Assembly: GCA_947169155.1 (NCBI GenBank)
Contig: CAMVON010000003.1
Span: 5,910 to 69,909, forward strand
Source: an uncultured Clostridiaceae bacterium
GTDB taxonomy: Bacteria > Bacillota > Clostridia > TANB77 > CAG-465
Reading direction: 5' to 3'
DNA: 64,000 nt
Positions 18,972 through 27,548 of the stretch are shown piece by piece. The position numbers and the translations under genes were made by a program. Each line of letters starts with the position of its first letter. Position 1 is the first letter of the stretch. The notes beneath the pieces are model-generated. The model did not search any database. It was not told the origin of the DNA and saw nothing but the letters and a program-made list of their open reading frames with translations.

Positions 18972-21900
18972 ATGGCGATAGCAAGTGATAAAACAAAAGA
19001 ATATTTACAAATGCTTGAAGAAAAATTTGATATAAACAATTTTTGTGAATTTATAAAAGACTTATTGAACTTGGAAAATAGCAATATTGTAAATGGTCAA
19101 AAGCAAAAGGCTACAAGCGAACAATATAAAAATTATATAGACACCACTCAATTATATGCAAAATACGAAGACAATAAGAGAAGAACAATAGGTGTTTTAG
19201 TTATAAAATTACAAGATAATAAACTTCCCGCAAATGCTAGAACTTTGCAAAGAAATTACATAGCACACTTGCTAGATGCATATAGTTTAGATGCCTCACT
19301 ATCTGCAATATATAGTGAAACTGATGATACTTGGAGATTATCTTTTGTAAAACAAGAATTAGATTTTGGAGATGGAAAATTAAAAGCAAAATTTACTCCT
19401 GCAAAAAGATATTCATATCTTTTTGGAAAAGATGAGCCTAATCATACAGCTAAAGAACAATTATTAGAATTATTAGAGAATAATAATAAGCAATATTCTA
19501 TTGAAGAAATAGAAGAAAAATTTAGTGTTGAAAAAGTTACAAAAGATTTCTTTGAAAATTATAAAGAAAACTATTTAAAATTAAAAGAAACATTAGAGGC
19601 AAACGAGGAATTTATTAGTGAGGCTAATAGATGTGATTTTACTTCAGAAGAATTTACAAAAAAACTTATGGGACAAATTGTTTTTATATATTTCTTACAG
19701 AAAAAAGGATGGCTGGGTGTTAGATTAGTTCCTCAGTTATTAAGTATGGAAGAATACAATAACATCTATACCAAAAGTGATATTATTCAAAAGAAAATTT
19801 TAGATAAATACTACATTACTTTTAATGGTAATAAGAAAATTAAAAAAGAATTGTTAGAAAAATACAACGATAATAAACAAGAAATTGAGAGTTTATCAGA
19901 TATATTTACTAATACAAGTTTTGATAATAAATGGGGATCAGGACAAAAGAGATTTATTAGAGCTATATTTGATAATTGTATAAATAGAAAAAAGAACTTT
20001 TTTGATGATTATTTAGAGCCATTTTTCTATGATGGACTTAATCATAAAAGAAAAAATCAATATTTTAGCTTGTTTAATTGCAAAATACCATTTCTTAATG
20101 GTGGATTATTTGAGCCATTAGACAATTATCAATGGGAAATAGCAAGATTTAATATTGATAATGAAATATTTTCTAATAAAGAAGAAACAGGAATATTAGA
20201 TTTCTTTGATAGATATAACTTTACAATGAACGAAGAAGAACCTCTTGAAAAAGATGTTGCAGTTGATCCTGAAATGTTAGGAAAAATATTTGAAAACTTA
20301 CTAGATGTTAAAGACAGAAAATCAAAAGGAGCTTTTTATACTCCAAGAGAAATTGTGCATTTTATGTGTCAAGAAAGCATTGCTAATTTCTTAGTAAATA
20401 AAGTTGGAGTAAAATACGAAGAAATTAAAGAATTTATACAATATGGAGAGATGATAAGAGATATTGACTTAAAAGATGCAACTAAAGAGTCTCACATAAT
20501 AGGAGATTCAATATTCAATAACATTATTCAAATAGATAAGGCACTTGAAAATATAAAAATTGCAGATCCATCTGTTGGATCAGGTGCATTTCCTTTAGGA
20601 ATATTAAACGAAATAGTAAAAATAAGAGATATATTAACTTCATATATGTTAATTTATAACAGACTTGGGTTATTTGGAAAGAAATATACAGAAGAACAGA
20701 TAACTAATAATAAAAGAAGTATTTATAATATAAAATGGAATACAATAAAAAACAGTATATATGCAGTTGATATTGAGAATAGTGCAGTAGATATAACTAA
20801 ATTAAGATTATGGCTTTCAATAGTTGTAGATCAAACTGATGATCCTGAGCCTTTACCAAACCTAAATTGTAAAATTATGCAAGGTAATTCCTTAATAGAT
20901 GAATATAACGGAATAAAGCTAATTGATGAAAAATTTATTGAAGAATTAAAAGATCGTGAGAATGTAAAATTAAATGATGGTGGAAGAATAAAAAGCAAAA
21001 ATAAGTATATTGATGTTTCAGCAAATCAAATACAATTTGGAGATGGGCAGAAAAAAGCCCAAATTGATGATTTAATTAACTTGAAACAAGAATTATACGG
21101 AGAAAATGAGCCTAGTAGAAAAAAATTACTACTTGAAAAAATAGAAATAGCTAGAAATGAATTATTACGATTAAACTTTGCTGGAACTAATAAAGAAAAA
21201 GAACTTTTAGAAATAGACAAATCACACAATAAACCTTATTTTGCTTGGATGCTCGAATTTATTGAAGTTTTTATATCAAATAATGGGTTTGATATAGTAA
21301 TAGGAAATCCTCCGTATGTTGGAGAAAGTGGAAATAAAGACATTTTCCGACCTATTGCTAATACAGAGTTTGGTAAAAGATTCTATATGGGCAAGATGGA
21401 TTTATTTTATTTCTTTTTCCATAAAGGAATTGATATTTCAAATAATATGGGAGAAATTGCTTTAATAACTACAAACTATTATACTACTTCTGATGGTGGT
21501 AAAAAACTAAGGAAAGATTTAAAAGAAAGAACATATATTAGAAAATTTATAAACTTTAATGAAATTAAAGTCTTTGATTCTGCTAGAGGACAACATAATT
21601 CTATTATGTTTTTAACAAAAAATAAAGAAGAAAAAATAAAATGCAATGTAGTATTATGTAATGGAAAGGGCAATGCATCAGCAAACGATATAAAAAATAT
21701 CTTAATTGGTAATTATAAAAATAATATAAAAATTGAATTAGACCAAAATAATATTTATGATGGAGATAACTATTATATAAGACAAACAGGGGTACATTCA
21801 GTGGGAAACATATCCTCAGTTGAAACTATATTAGATAAGATGTCTAAATGTAAAAAACTTTCTGAGAACTATTTTGTAAATCAAGGTGTTGTTACTGGAT

Positions 21901-22685
21901 GCGATACATTAACAAAAAAATATATAAACAGTTTTAACATACAAAATCCAAGAGTAAATGAAGGAATTTATGTTTTAGATTTAACTAATCCTGATGATGT
22001 TGAAACTGCAAACAAGTTTAAAGAAGGAAAGGCATTATTAAGAGATTTTTATAAAAATTCAGATATTGAAAAATGGGTTTCTTCTTCAGAGGCAAAAAAG
22101 AAATTGATTTATTTTCAAGGACAAATTGTAAAAGAAAAATACCCTGATATATATAATCATTTATTAAGATTTAAACCTATTCTTGAAAAAAGATTAGAAA
22201 CATATAATGAACATTATCATTGGACGGCAATTCATAGATCAAGAGAGGAAAAAATATTCTGTGGAGAAAAAATTGTTGTACCTTATAGAACAAAGAAAAA
22301 TACATTTGCTTATAATAACATAGAATGGTTTTGTAGATCTGATGCTTATATCATTACTGCAAAAAATGAAAAATCAAATTTAAAAGAATTGCTTGGAATT
22401 TTAAATTCAAAAGTATATTATCTATGGTTATGTTATAGGGGAAAAAGAAAAGGAGAGACTTTAGAATTATTCCAAAAGCCATTAACAGAAATTCCAATTG
22501 TTACATTATCAGAAGATGAAAAAGAAAATGTAATTGATATTGTAAACAAAATTATAAATCAGAAAGCATTAAATAAAGAATGTGATGTTACAGAATTAGA
22601 AAAACAAATAGATAATATTATTTATAATGCATTAAAACTAAATCCTGAAGAAATAAAAATAGTGGAGGAAAACTATAATGAATGA
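18972..22685 (+). CDS. large gamma-class N6-adenine DNA methyltransferase with ~500-aa N-terminal domain and C-terminal target-recognition-like region (Type IIG / PglX / DrmMI-like)
   Basis: AdoMet motif I IADPSVGSGAFPLG, catalytic motif IV VIGNPPYVG downstream (gamma order). 1237 aa. Conserved FIYFLQKKGWLG segment typical of large type IIG/IIL-like enzymes. Confidence 0.85.
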   Translation: MAIASDKTKEYLQMLEEKFDINNFCEFIKDLLNLENSNIVNGQKQKATSEQYKNYIDTTQLYAKYEDNKRRTIGVLVIKLQDNKLPANARTLQRNYIAHLLDAYSLDASLSAIYSETDDTWRLSFVKQELDFGDGKLKAKFTPAKRYSYLFGKDEPNHTAKEQLLELLENNNKQYSIEEIEEKFSVEKVTKDFFENYKENYLKLKETLEANEEFISEANRCDFTSEEFTKKLMGQIVFIYFLQKKGWLGVRLVPQLLSMEEYNNIYTKSDIIQKKILDKYYITFNGNKKIKKELLEKYNDNKQEIESLSDIFTNTSFDNKWGSGQKRFIRAIFDNCINRKKNFFDDYLEPFFYDGLNHKRKNQYFSLFNCKIPFLNGGLFEPLDNYQWEIARFNIDNEIFSNKEETGILDFFDRYNFTMNEEEPLEKDVAVDPEMLGKIFENLLDVKDRKSKGAFYTPREIVHFMCQESIANFLVNKVGVKYEEIKEFIQYGEMIRDIDLKDATKESHIIGDSIFNNIIQIDKALENIKIADPSVGSGAFPLGILNEIVKIRDILTSYMLIYNRLGLFGKKYTEEQITNNKRSIYNIKWNTIKNSIYAVDIENSAVDITKLRLWLSIVVDQTDDPEPLPNLNCKIMQGNSLIDEYNGIKLIDEKFIEELKDRENVKLNDGGRIKSKNKYIDVSANQIQFGDGQKKAQIDDLINLKQELYGENEPSRKKLLLEKIEIARNELLRLNFAGTNKEKELLEIDKSHNKPYFAWMLEFIEVFISNNGFDIVIGNPPYVGESGNKDIFRPIANTEFGKRFYMGKMDLFYFFFHKGIDISNNMGEIALITTNYYTTSDGGKKLRKDLKERTYIRKFINFNEIKVFDSARGQHNSIMFLTKNKEEKIKCNVVLCNGKGNASANDIKNILIGNYKNNIKIELDQNNIYDGDNYYIRQTGVHSVGNISSVETILDKMSKCKKLSENYFVNQGVVTGCDTLTKKYINSFNIQNPRVNEGIYVLDLTNPDDVETANKFKEGKALLRDFYKNSDIEKWVSSSEAKKKLIYFQGQIVKEKYPDIYNHLLRFKPILEKRLETYNEHYHWTAIHRSREEKIFCGEKIVVPYRTKKNTFAYNNIEWFCRSDAYIITAKNEKSNLKELLGILNSKVYYLWLCYRGKRKGETLELFQKPLTEIPIVTLSEDEKENVIDIVNKIINQKALNKECDVTELEKQIDNIIYNALKLNPEEIKIVEENYNE

Positions 22686-22893
22686 AATAAAATATGAAAT
22701 AATTGAACAATTAGGTGTTCTATCTGAAACTGAAAAAGGATGGAAAAAAGAATTAAATCTTATTAGTTGGAATGAAAGAGAGCCAAAATATGATTTAAGA
22801 GATTGGTCAGAAAATCACGAAAAAATGGGAAAAGGCATTACTTTATCTAAAGATGAAGTTGATAAATTAAAGAGCATTTTAAATACTTTATAA
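22678..22893 (+). CDS. small protein (possibly YdbC/PC4-like ssDNA-binding family, tentative)
   Basis: 71 aa; start ATG overlaps the MTase stop (ATGAATGA); GWKKELNLISWNEREPKYDLRDW segment. Confidence 0.4.
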   Translation: MNEIKYEIIEQLGVLSETEKGWKKELNLISWNEREPKYDLRDWSENHEKMGKGITLSKDEVDKLKSILNTL

Positions 22894-22903
22894 GGAATTA
22901 AAT

Positions 22904-23410
22904 ATGATTGTTTTTATAAATGGAACTTATGGTGTAGGAAAAACACAAGTAGCAAATAAAATAAATCAATTATATGGGGATAAATCAAAAGTTCTAGATC
23001 CTGATCAATTATGGACTGACGAATTGAAAAAGAATTGTACTATTATTTTTGGAGATGGAGCATATCCTCAGAATAATAAGAAATTTCTACAAATATTAAA
23101 GAATAGATTAGATAAAGAAATTAAAGAATATAGAGGTATTCTTATTATTCCTATGACAGTAGCAGAAGATTTGAGTTATAATACACTTATATCACCGTAT
23201 AACAATACTATAAAGCATTTTATTTTAACAGCTAGGGATGAAATAGTAATAGAAAGAATACATAAGGATAAATTAAGAGATCAATCATTTGCTATTTGCA
23301 ATATGGAAATAAATAATAAATATATAAAAAATATAGAAAATGCCACATTTATTGACACATCAGATATGAGTATTGAAGAAGTGGCAAAATATATTATTGA
23401 AAGGATTTAG
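22904..23410 (+). CDS. P-loop NTPase, TmrB-like / AAA-kinase fold
   Basis: N-terminal MIVFINGTYGVGKTQVANK Walker A, closely resembling the TmrB-family start MIIWINGAFGSGKTQ. Confidence 0.5.
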   Translation: MIVFINGTYGVGKTQVANKINQLYGDKSKVLDPDQLWTDELKKNCTIIFGDGAYPQNNKKFLQILKNRLDKEIKEYRGILIIPMTVAEDLSYNTLISPYNNTIKHFILTARDEIVIERIHKDKLRDQSFAICNMEINNKYIKNIENATFIDTSDMSIEEVAKYIIERI

Positions 23411-23414
23411 TATT

Positions 23415-23591
23415 ATGGGTTTATTTAGTTCAGGTAGCGATAATCTTAAAGTTGGAGATAAGGTTAGAGTAAAGTATAGAGATCAAGAAGGCTATATTAT
23501 TGATAAAAACGGAGATTTATATATGGTATCAATAAATAATGGTCAATATGTAGATTCTTATTCAGCTAGTGATCTTGAAAAAACTTGGTAA
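23415..23591 (+). CDS. small hypothetical protein
   Basis: Likely ATG at 23415 within the track ORF 23373..23591; 58 aa; KOW/SH3-like small beta protein look (…VGDKVRVKYRDQEGYII…). Confidence 0.3.
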   Translation: MGLFSSGSDNLKVGDKVRVKYRDQEGYIIDKNGDLYMVSINNGQYVDSYSASDLEKTW

Positions 23592-23624
23592 TAATAAGAG
23601 AGTAGTATATTTAATTACTACTCT

Positions 23625-24332
23625 CTATTCTTCTCTAAAATACTCTACAAGCAGAGTTATAAAGTATTTAGGTGTTACTGTATCAGGTCTAAATTTTAAT
23701 GAAAAAACGGAGCAAAGGTTATCAATAGACAGAGATCGATTTAATGTGTCTATTGAAGTTCTAATACTCCATTTAACTGTTTTCGGACTTATATTGTATA
23801 GTTTTGCTACCTCTGAATATAAGTCTTTTATATTATTTAATAAATAAGGTTGTTTATATGCTATATTTATTGCTGAAATTAGTTGTTTTCCTCTTGTAGA
23901 AAAAACATTTAATCTTAATTCTGTCAATATTTCTTTTAATTCTTTTTGATTTATTTCTTCATTTTTAATAGGTACTTCCTTTATAGTTTTTAATATGTAC
24001 TCAAAGTCAGCAGGTTTAGGGATTACTCTAAAAACTTGTGCTGTATTATATAGCTTATGCAGATATTCTATACTTCCTGAATATACAATTATATTACATT
24101 TTGATCTTTCTTCAGAAAATCTACCAATAGTGTTTATTACATCAAGCCCACTTATTTTAGGCATATCTAAATCTAATAAGAGAACATCAGGTTTAGATTC
24201 AAAATAATTCTTTACAGTTTCCTCCCCATCTGTAGCACAAGATACAATTTTAATATCTTCATCATTTGTTAGAAATTCAAAACAACTTTTACATAGGAAT
24301 TTGTTATCCTCTGCAATCATAACCTTAATCAT
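23625..24332 (-). CDS. orphan response regulator: receiver domain plus Spo0A-like C-terminal DNA-binding domain
   Basis: REC motifs (MIKVMIAEDN…LLLDLDMP, Asp ~54). C-terminal AKLYNISPKTVKWSIRTSID and …RPDTVTPKYFITLL parallel the Spo0A_C signature (AKQYNTTASRVERAIRHAIE / KPTNSEFIAM). No histidine kinase nearby. Confidence 0.6.
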   Translation of the reverse strand: MIKVMIAEDNKFLCKSCFEFLTNDEDIKIVSCATDGEETVKNYFESKPDVLLLDLDMPKISGLDVINTIGRFSEERSKCNIIVYSGSIEYLHKLYNTAQVFRVIPKPADFEYILKTIKEVPIKNEEINQKELKEILTELRLNVFSTRGKQLISAINIAYKQPYLLNNIKDLYSEVAKLYNISPKTVKWSIRTSIDTLNRSLSIDNLCSVFSLKFRPDTVTPKYFITLLVEYFREE

Positions 24333-24428
24333 TGTCTACCTCCATTAAAATTAACATATTGCAAAATTCCCAATTAGCTTATCTAACTGGAATGCATTAT
24401 ATCACTTTTTATGTGAACTTTCAATCAT

Positions 24429-24455
24429 TTCGACAAAACTTTCCAATATTCGACA
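24429..24455. promoter_or_regulatory. two direct TTCGACA repeats (reverse complement of the Spo0A 0A box TGTCGAA) spaced 20 bp, in the divergent regulatory region
   Basis: TTCGACAAAACTTTCC … TTCGACAAGACTTTC at 24429-24435 and 24449-24455; followed by CACTTTTCAACACTTTTTCAGCCCTTTTCATCA repeats and a TATAAT at 24501. Confidence 0.35.
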
Positions 24456-24663
24456 AGACTTTCAGCACTTTTCAACACTTTTTCAGCCCTTTTCATCATT
24501 TATAATGAAAAATTTCCAAAAAGTTCTAAGATATAGACAGGACAAGTAGTCCATAACTTAGAGGCTTTTATATTTCACAAAGGTTGAGTATGAAAATACT
24601 AAGGATGATAGAATATTTACTTTTATCTATGGACTAATTGTGCTTTTAAGGAGGAATTTTTAT

Positions 24664-24696
24664 ATGTTTAAGTTTTTTCTGTATTTAAGATTATAA
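24664..24696 (+). CDS. 10-codon leader ORF (MFKFFLYLRL) upstream of the sigma-like gene
   Basis: AAGGAGG 9 nt upstream of ATG; immediately precedes a hairpin that masks the next gene's RBS. Confidence 0.3.
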   Translation: MFKFFLYLRL

Positions 24697-24732
24697 TTTT
24701 ATATGTTTTAACAAGGTAATAATATAAAAATG

Positions 24733-24770
24733 CCTCTGTTCTATGGGCTTAACTGTGCCTAGAACGGAGG
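24733..24770 (+). promoter_or_regulatory. RBS-sequestering hairpin (CCTCTGTTCTA … TAGAACGGAGG) in front of the sigma-like gene
   Basis: 11-bp stem (one U-G), 16-nt loop; the 3' arm contains the GGAGG used by the ATG at 24772/24778. Confidence 0.4.
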
Positions 24771-24771
24771 T

Positions 24772-25176
24772 ATGCTTATGAATTCTAATTATAATGAGGA
24801 AACTGTTAGAGCATTTAAAAGTTATATTATGCAAATTATACAACACTCTGCTGTTGACTATATTAGAAAGGTAAAAAGTTCAAAATATACTGAAATTGCT
24901 TTTACTGATGCTATTGATAATACTGTGTCTTTGTCAAGTTTTGATGAAGGCACTTTTTTTGACTTTGATAGTATAAGTGATTTTAGTTTTAGCAATAAGA
25001 AAAATGAAAGAGCCTTTTATGCCTTAACTAAAAAAGAAAGAAAAATTTTTTTATTACTTGCTGATGGATATACTCCTGAAGATATTTCAAAAAAACTCAA
25101 TATTAGAATAGATAATGTCTATTCTTCTATTTATGTTGCAAGAAAGAAATTTAAGAAAAGATGGGAGGAAAAATAA
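24772..25176 (+). CDS. sigma-70 region-4-like regulator (Tn916 Orf7-like)
   Basis: C-terminal LTKKERKIFLLLADGYTPEDISKKLNIRIDNVYSSIYVARKKF (region 4 HTH); the true start may be the second ATG at 24778. Confidence 0.55.
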   Translation: MLMNSNYNEETVRAFKSYIMQIIQHSAVDYIRKVKSSKYTEIAFTDAIDNTVSLSSFDEGTFFDFDSISDFSFSNKKNERAFYALTKKERKIFLLLADGYTPEDISKKLNIRIDNVYSSIYVARKKFKKRWEEK

Positions 25177-25377
25177 ATGACTGAGGAAGATAAAAAATTA
25201 TATGAATTGTTACTTTTAGCGAAGAAAGGAAATACTAAAGCTACTTTTGAAATAATACTTATGTTTGAAAAATATATAGATAAACATTGCTATATAAATG
25301 GCTGTTTTAATCAAGAATGTAAAGATTATATTATAGATAAATTATACATAGAAATAAAAAAATTCAAAAAAATTTAA
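25177..25377 (+). CDS. small regulatory protein (Tn916 Orf8-like position)
   Basis: 66-aa ORF coupled to the sigma-like gene (stop/start adjacent). Confidence 0.35.
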   Translation: MTEEDKKLYELLLLAKKGNTKATFEIILMFEKYIDKHCYINGCFNQECKDYIIDKLYIEIKKFKKI

Positions 25378-25736
25378 AAAATTTTCAAAATTTTTTCAGA
25401 TTTTAAGAAAAAATTTCGCCTATGTGTGTAACAGGACAAAAGCTGTTATGCACATTGACAATTAAATATATTAGTTACAAGACTTTAACTAATATAGGTA
25501 GCTCCAAGAAGGCGAATGTTAATTTTAATTAAATAGCGACTATAACAAGGGAAAAAGTAAACAATGGTAAGTTTATGTAGGCGAAGATCTATATTAGTGT
25601 GATAATGATACTTCGGCTCGGCTTAATATGATGTTGAGGAGTCGCTCGGTGGAAACGGAGAGGTGCAATTCCTATGTAGATGATGCCAAATCTACTTGTA
25701 ACTAATCTTAAAAAGCTATGAAGGAGGAATTGTAAA

Positions 25737-25955
25737 ATGGAATTATACAATATCAAAACTGTTAGCAAAAAACAAGCAAAAGCATATACAGTAATTGCAC
25801 TTGATACTTTAAGTGTTGCTCCAAATGATCTTGATATAAAACTATTATGGGATGAGATTGAAGTTGTTATGAAATTGTACTCTCCAAGAGAGGCAACAAT
25901 AAAAGCAAAACATATATTAGAAACAAATAAAACTAGATGGAAAAAAATTAAGTAA
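25737..25955 (+). CDS. small hypothetical protein
   Basis: 72 aa with RBS GAAGGAGG 7 nt upstream. Confidence 0.4.
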   Translation: MELYNIKTVSKKQAKAYTVIALDTLSVAPNDLDIKLLWDEIEVVMKLYSPREATIKAKHILETNKTRWKKIK

Positions 25956-26103
25956 GGACAAGTTTGTATAGCTTGTTCTTATTTTTACTCATAAAAATCA
26001 AAAAAATTTATAAATGGGTTTGGGATTCGTTTTTGTAGGAGTTTATAATAAAAATAATGATATTTTAACTCTTTTACGAATTTCAAGGATTGGAGGTTTT
26101 GTA

Positions 26104-26334
26104 ATGGATGAGAATAAAATATCAGAAGAATTTATAAAAGTTCTATTAAGTAATATGAAACAAGATCCTTTTGAAATGATGACAGTAAATGATGTGGCAA
26201 AAGATTTAGGTATGGGAGTAAATACAGTAAATTCAATTTTTAAAAGAGATGACTTCCCTACGATAAATCTAGGAAAAAGAAAAATAGTTACTAGACTTGC
26301 ATATTACTTGTGGAAAATGAAAAGGAGAGATTAA
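26104..26334 (+). CDS. xis: excisionase / HTH_17-type DNA-binding protein
   Basis: Likely ATG at 26104 (GGAGG 7 nt upstream) inside the track ORF 26014..26334. MTVNDVAKDLGMGVNTVNSIFKRDDFPTINLGKRKIV is a typical Xis/MerR-like HTH. Directly precedes the integrase. Confidence 0.5.
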   Translation: MDENKISEEFIKVLLSNMKQDPFEMMTVNDVAKDLGMGVNTVNSIFKRDDFPTINLGKRKIVTRLAYYLWKMKRRD

Positions 26335-26335
26335 A

Positions 26336-27535
26336 ATGTATAATACTCGTGAAAAAGGCTCTATTTATTATAACAAAGCAAGAGATAACTGGACTGTTCT
26401 TTACTACGAAACAGATCCTAAAACAGGACAGAAAAAGAGAAAAAGCAAAAGTCAGCCAACAAAAGAAATGGCAGAAAAATTTTTAACTTCTCTAATGTAT
26501 CAAAGAAAAAATCCTTTATATATGAAAAAACATAAAATTTGTCTAGGAGATTATATGAAATTAAGAACTAAAACAAAACTTGAAACAAATATAATTTCAG
26601 AGAATTCACTAGGTAGAATAAATCAAACATTAAATATAATTAAAAAATCTTATTTATACAATAAGAAGATTGATGAAATTACTACTGAAGAAATACAAAA
26701 TTATTTTAATACTTTAACAGATTACAGTAGTTCTACTATAAATAAGATTTTTAGCGAGTTTAGGCAGATTTTTAATTATGCTTTTTCACAAAATATTATA
26801 TTAGCAAATCCTATGGTAGATATAATAAAACCTAAAAGCAAGATTATAAATAAGCCTTTGAGAGCTTTAACTCTTGATGAAGAAGAAAATTTAGTAAATT
26901 ATTTAACAGGAATAACTTTAAAAAAATGTAGATATAGAAATGTGTTTTTAATTCAAATGTTTACAGGAATGAGAATCGGCGAAGTGTTGGCATTGAAAAC
27001 TACTGACATTGACCTTGCTCATAACCTTATAACTGTTGAAAGAACAATTAGTAAAGACAAAAATTCTAAAGTAATAATGGGTAAAACAACAAAAACTTAT
27101 GCAGGACAAAGAGAATTGCCTGTACCTATTTTAATAAGAGATTTTATAATAGAACAAATGCAAATTGCAAATAAATCAAATCACAAAACAAAATTATTAT
27201 TTAGGAATTCACTAGGAAATTTAGCAAATCCTGCACAGGTTAATACAGCATTTAAAGAAGTTATAAAAGATTTAGGTTACGAAGATATTACTTCACATAC
27301 ATTAAGGCATACTTTTGCAACAAGATGTATTGAAAGTGGAATGAAACCTGTTGTAATTCAAAGACTTATGGGACATACAAATATACAAATAACATTAAAT
27401 ACTTATACATCTATTTTTAATAAATATAAAGAATCAGAAATAACTAAAGTAAATAACTACTATTTAGAGAATAATATTATTACAGATACACATAAACAAA
27501 TTAGTGATTATTCAGTAGTAGTGATTGAAGAATAA
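26336..27535 (+). CDS. int: tyrosine recombinase / integrase (copy 1)
   Basis: N-terminal SAM-like DNA-binding domain; catalytic R (MFTGMRIGE), HxxR (HTLRHTF), Y (LNTYTSI). Confidence 0.85.
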   Translation: MYNTREKGSIYYNKARDNWTVLYYETDPKTGQKKRKSKSQPTKEMAEKFLTSLMYQRKNPLYMKKHKICLGDYMKLRTKTKLETNIISENSLGRINQTLNIIKKSYLYNKKIDEITTEEIQNYFNTLTDYSSSTINKIFSEFRQIFNYAFSQNIILANPMVDIIKPKSKIINKPLRALTLDEEENLVNYLTGITLKKCRYRNVFLIQMFTGMRIGEVLALKTTDIDLAHNLITVERTISKDKNSKVIMGKTTKTYAGQRELPVPILIRDFIIEQMQIANKSNHKTKLLFRNSLGNLANPAQVNTAFKEVIKDLGYEDITSHTLRHTFATRCIESGMKPVVIQRLMGHTNIQITLNTYTSIFNKYKESEITKVNNYYLENNIITDTHKQISDYSVVVIEE

Positions 27536-27548
27536 GGAGAGATATTTT

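Noticed and set aside
15759-22685. Complete class-1 DISARM system
   Set aside because: The DrmA helicase and DrmB (DUF1998) genes are not present anywhere in the window; only two DISARM-like parts exist, so I describe it as a distinct minimal module.
23569-24207. Plus-strand ORFs 23569..23847 and 23995..24207
   Set aside because: Antisense to the response-regulator gene.
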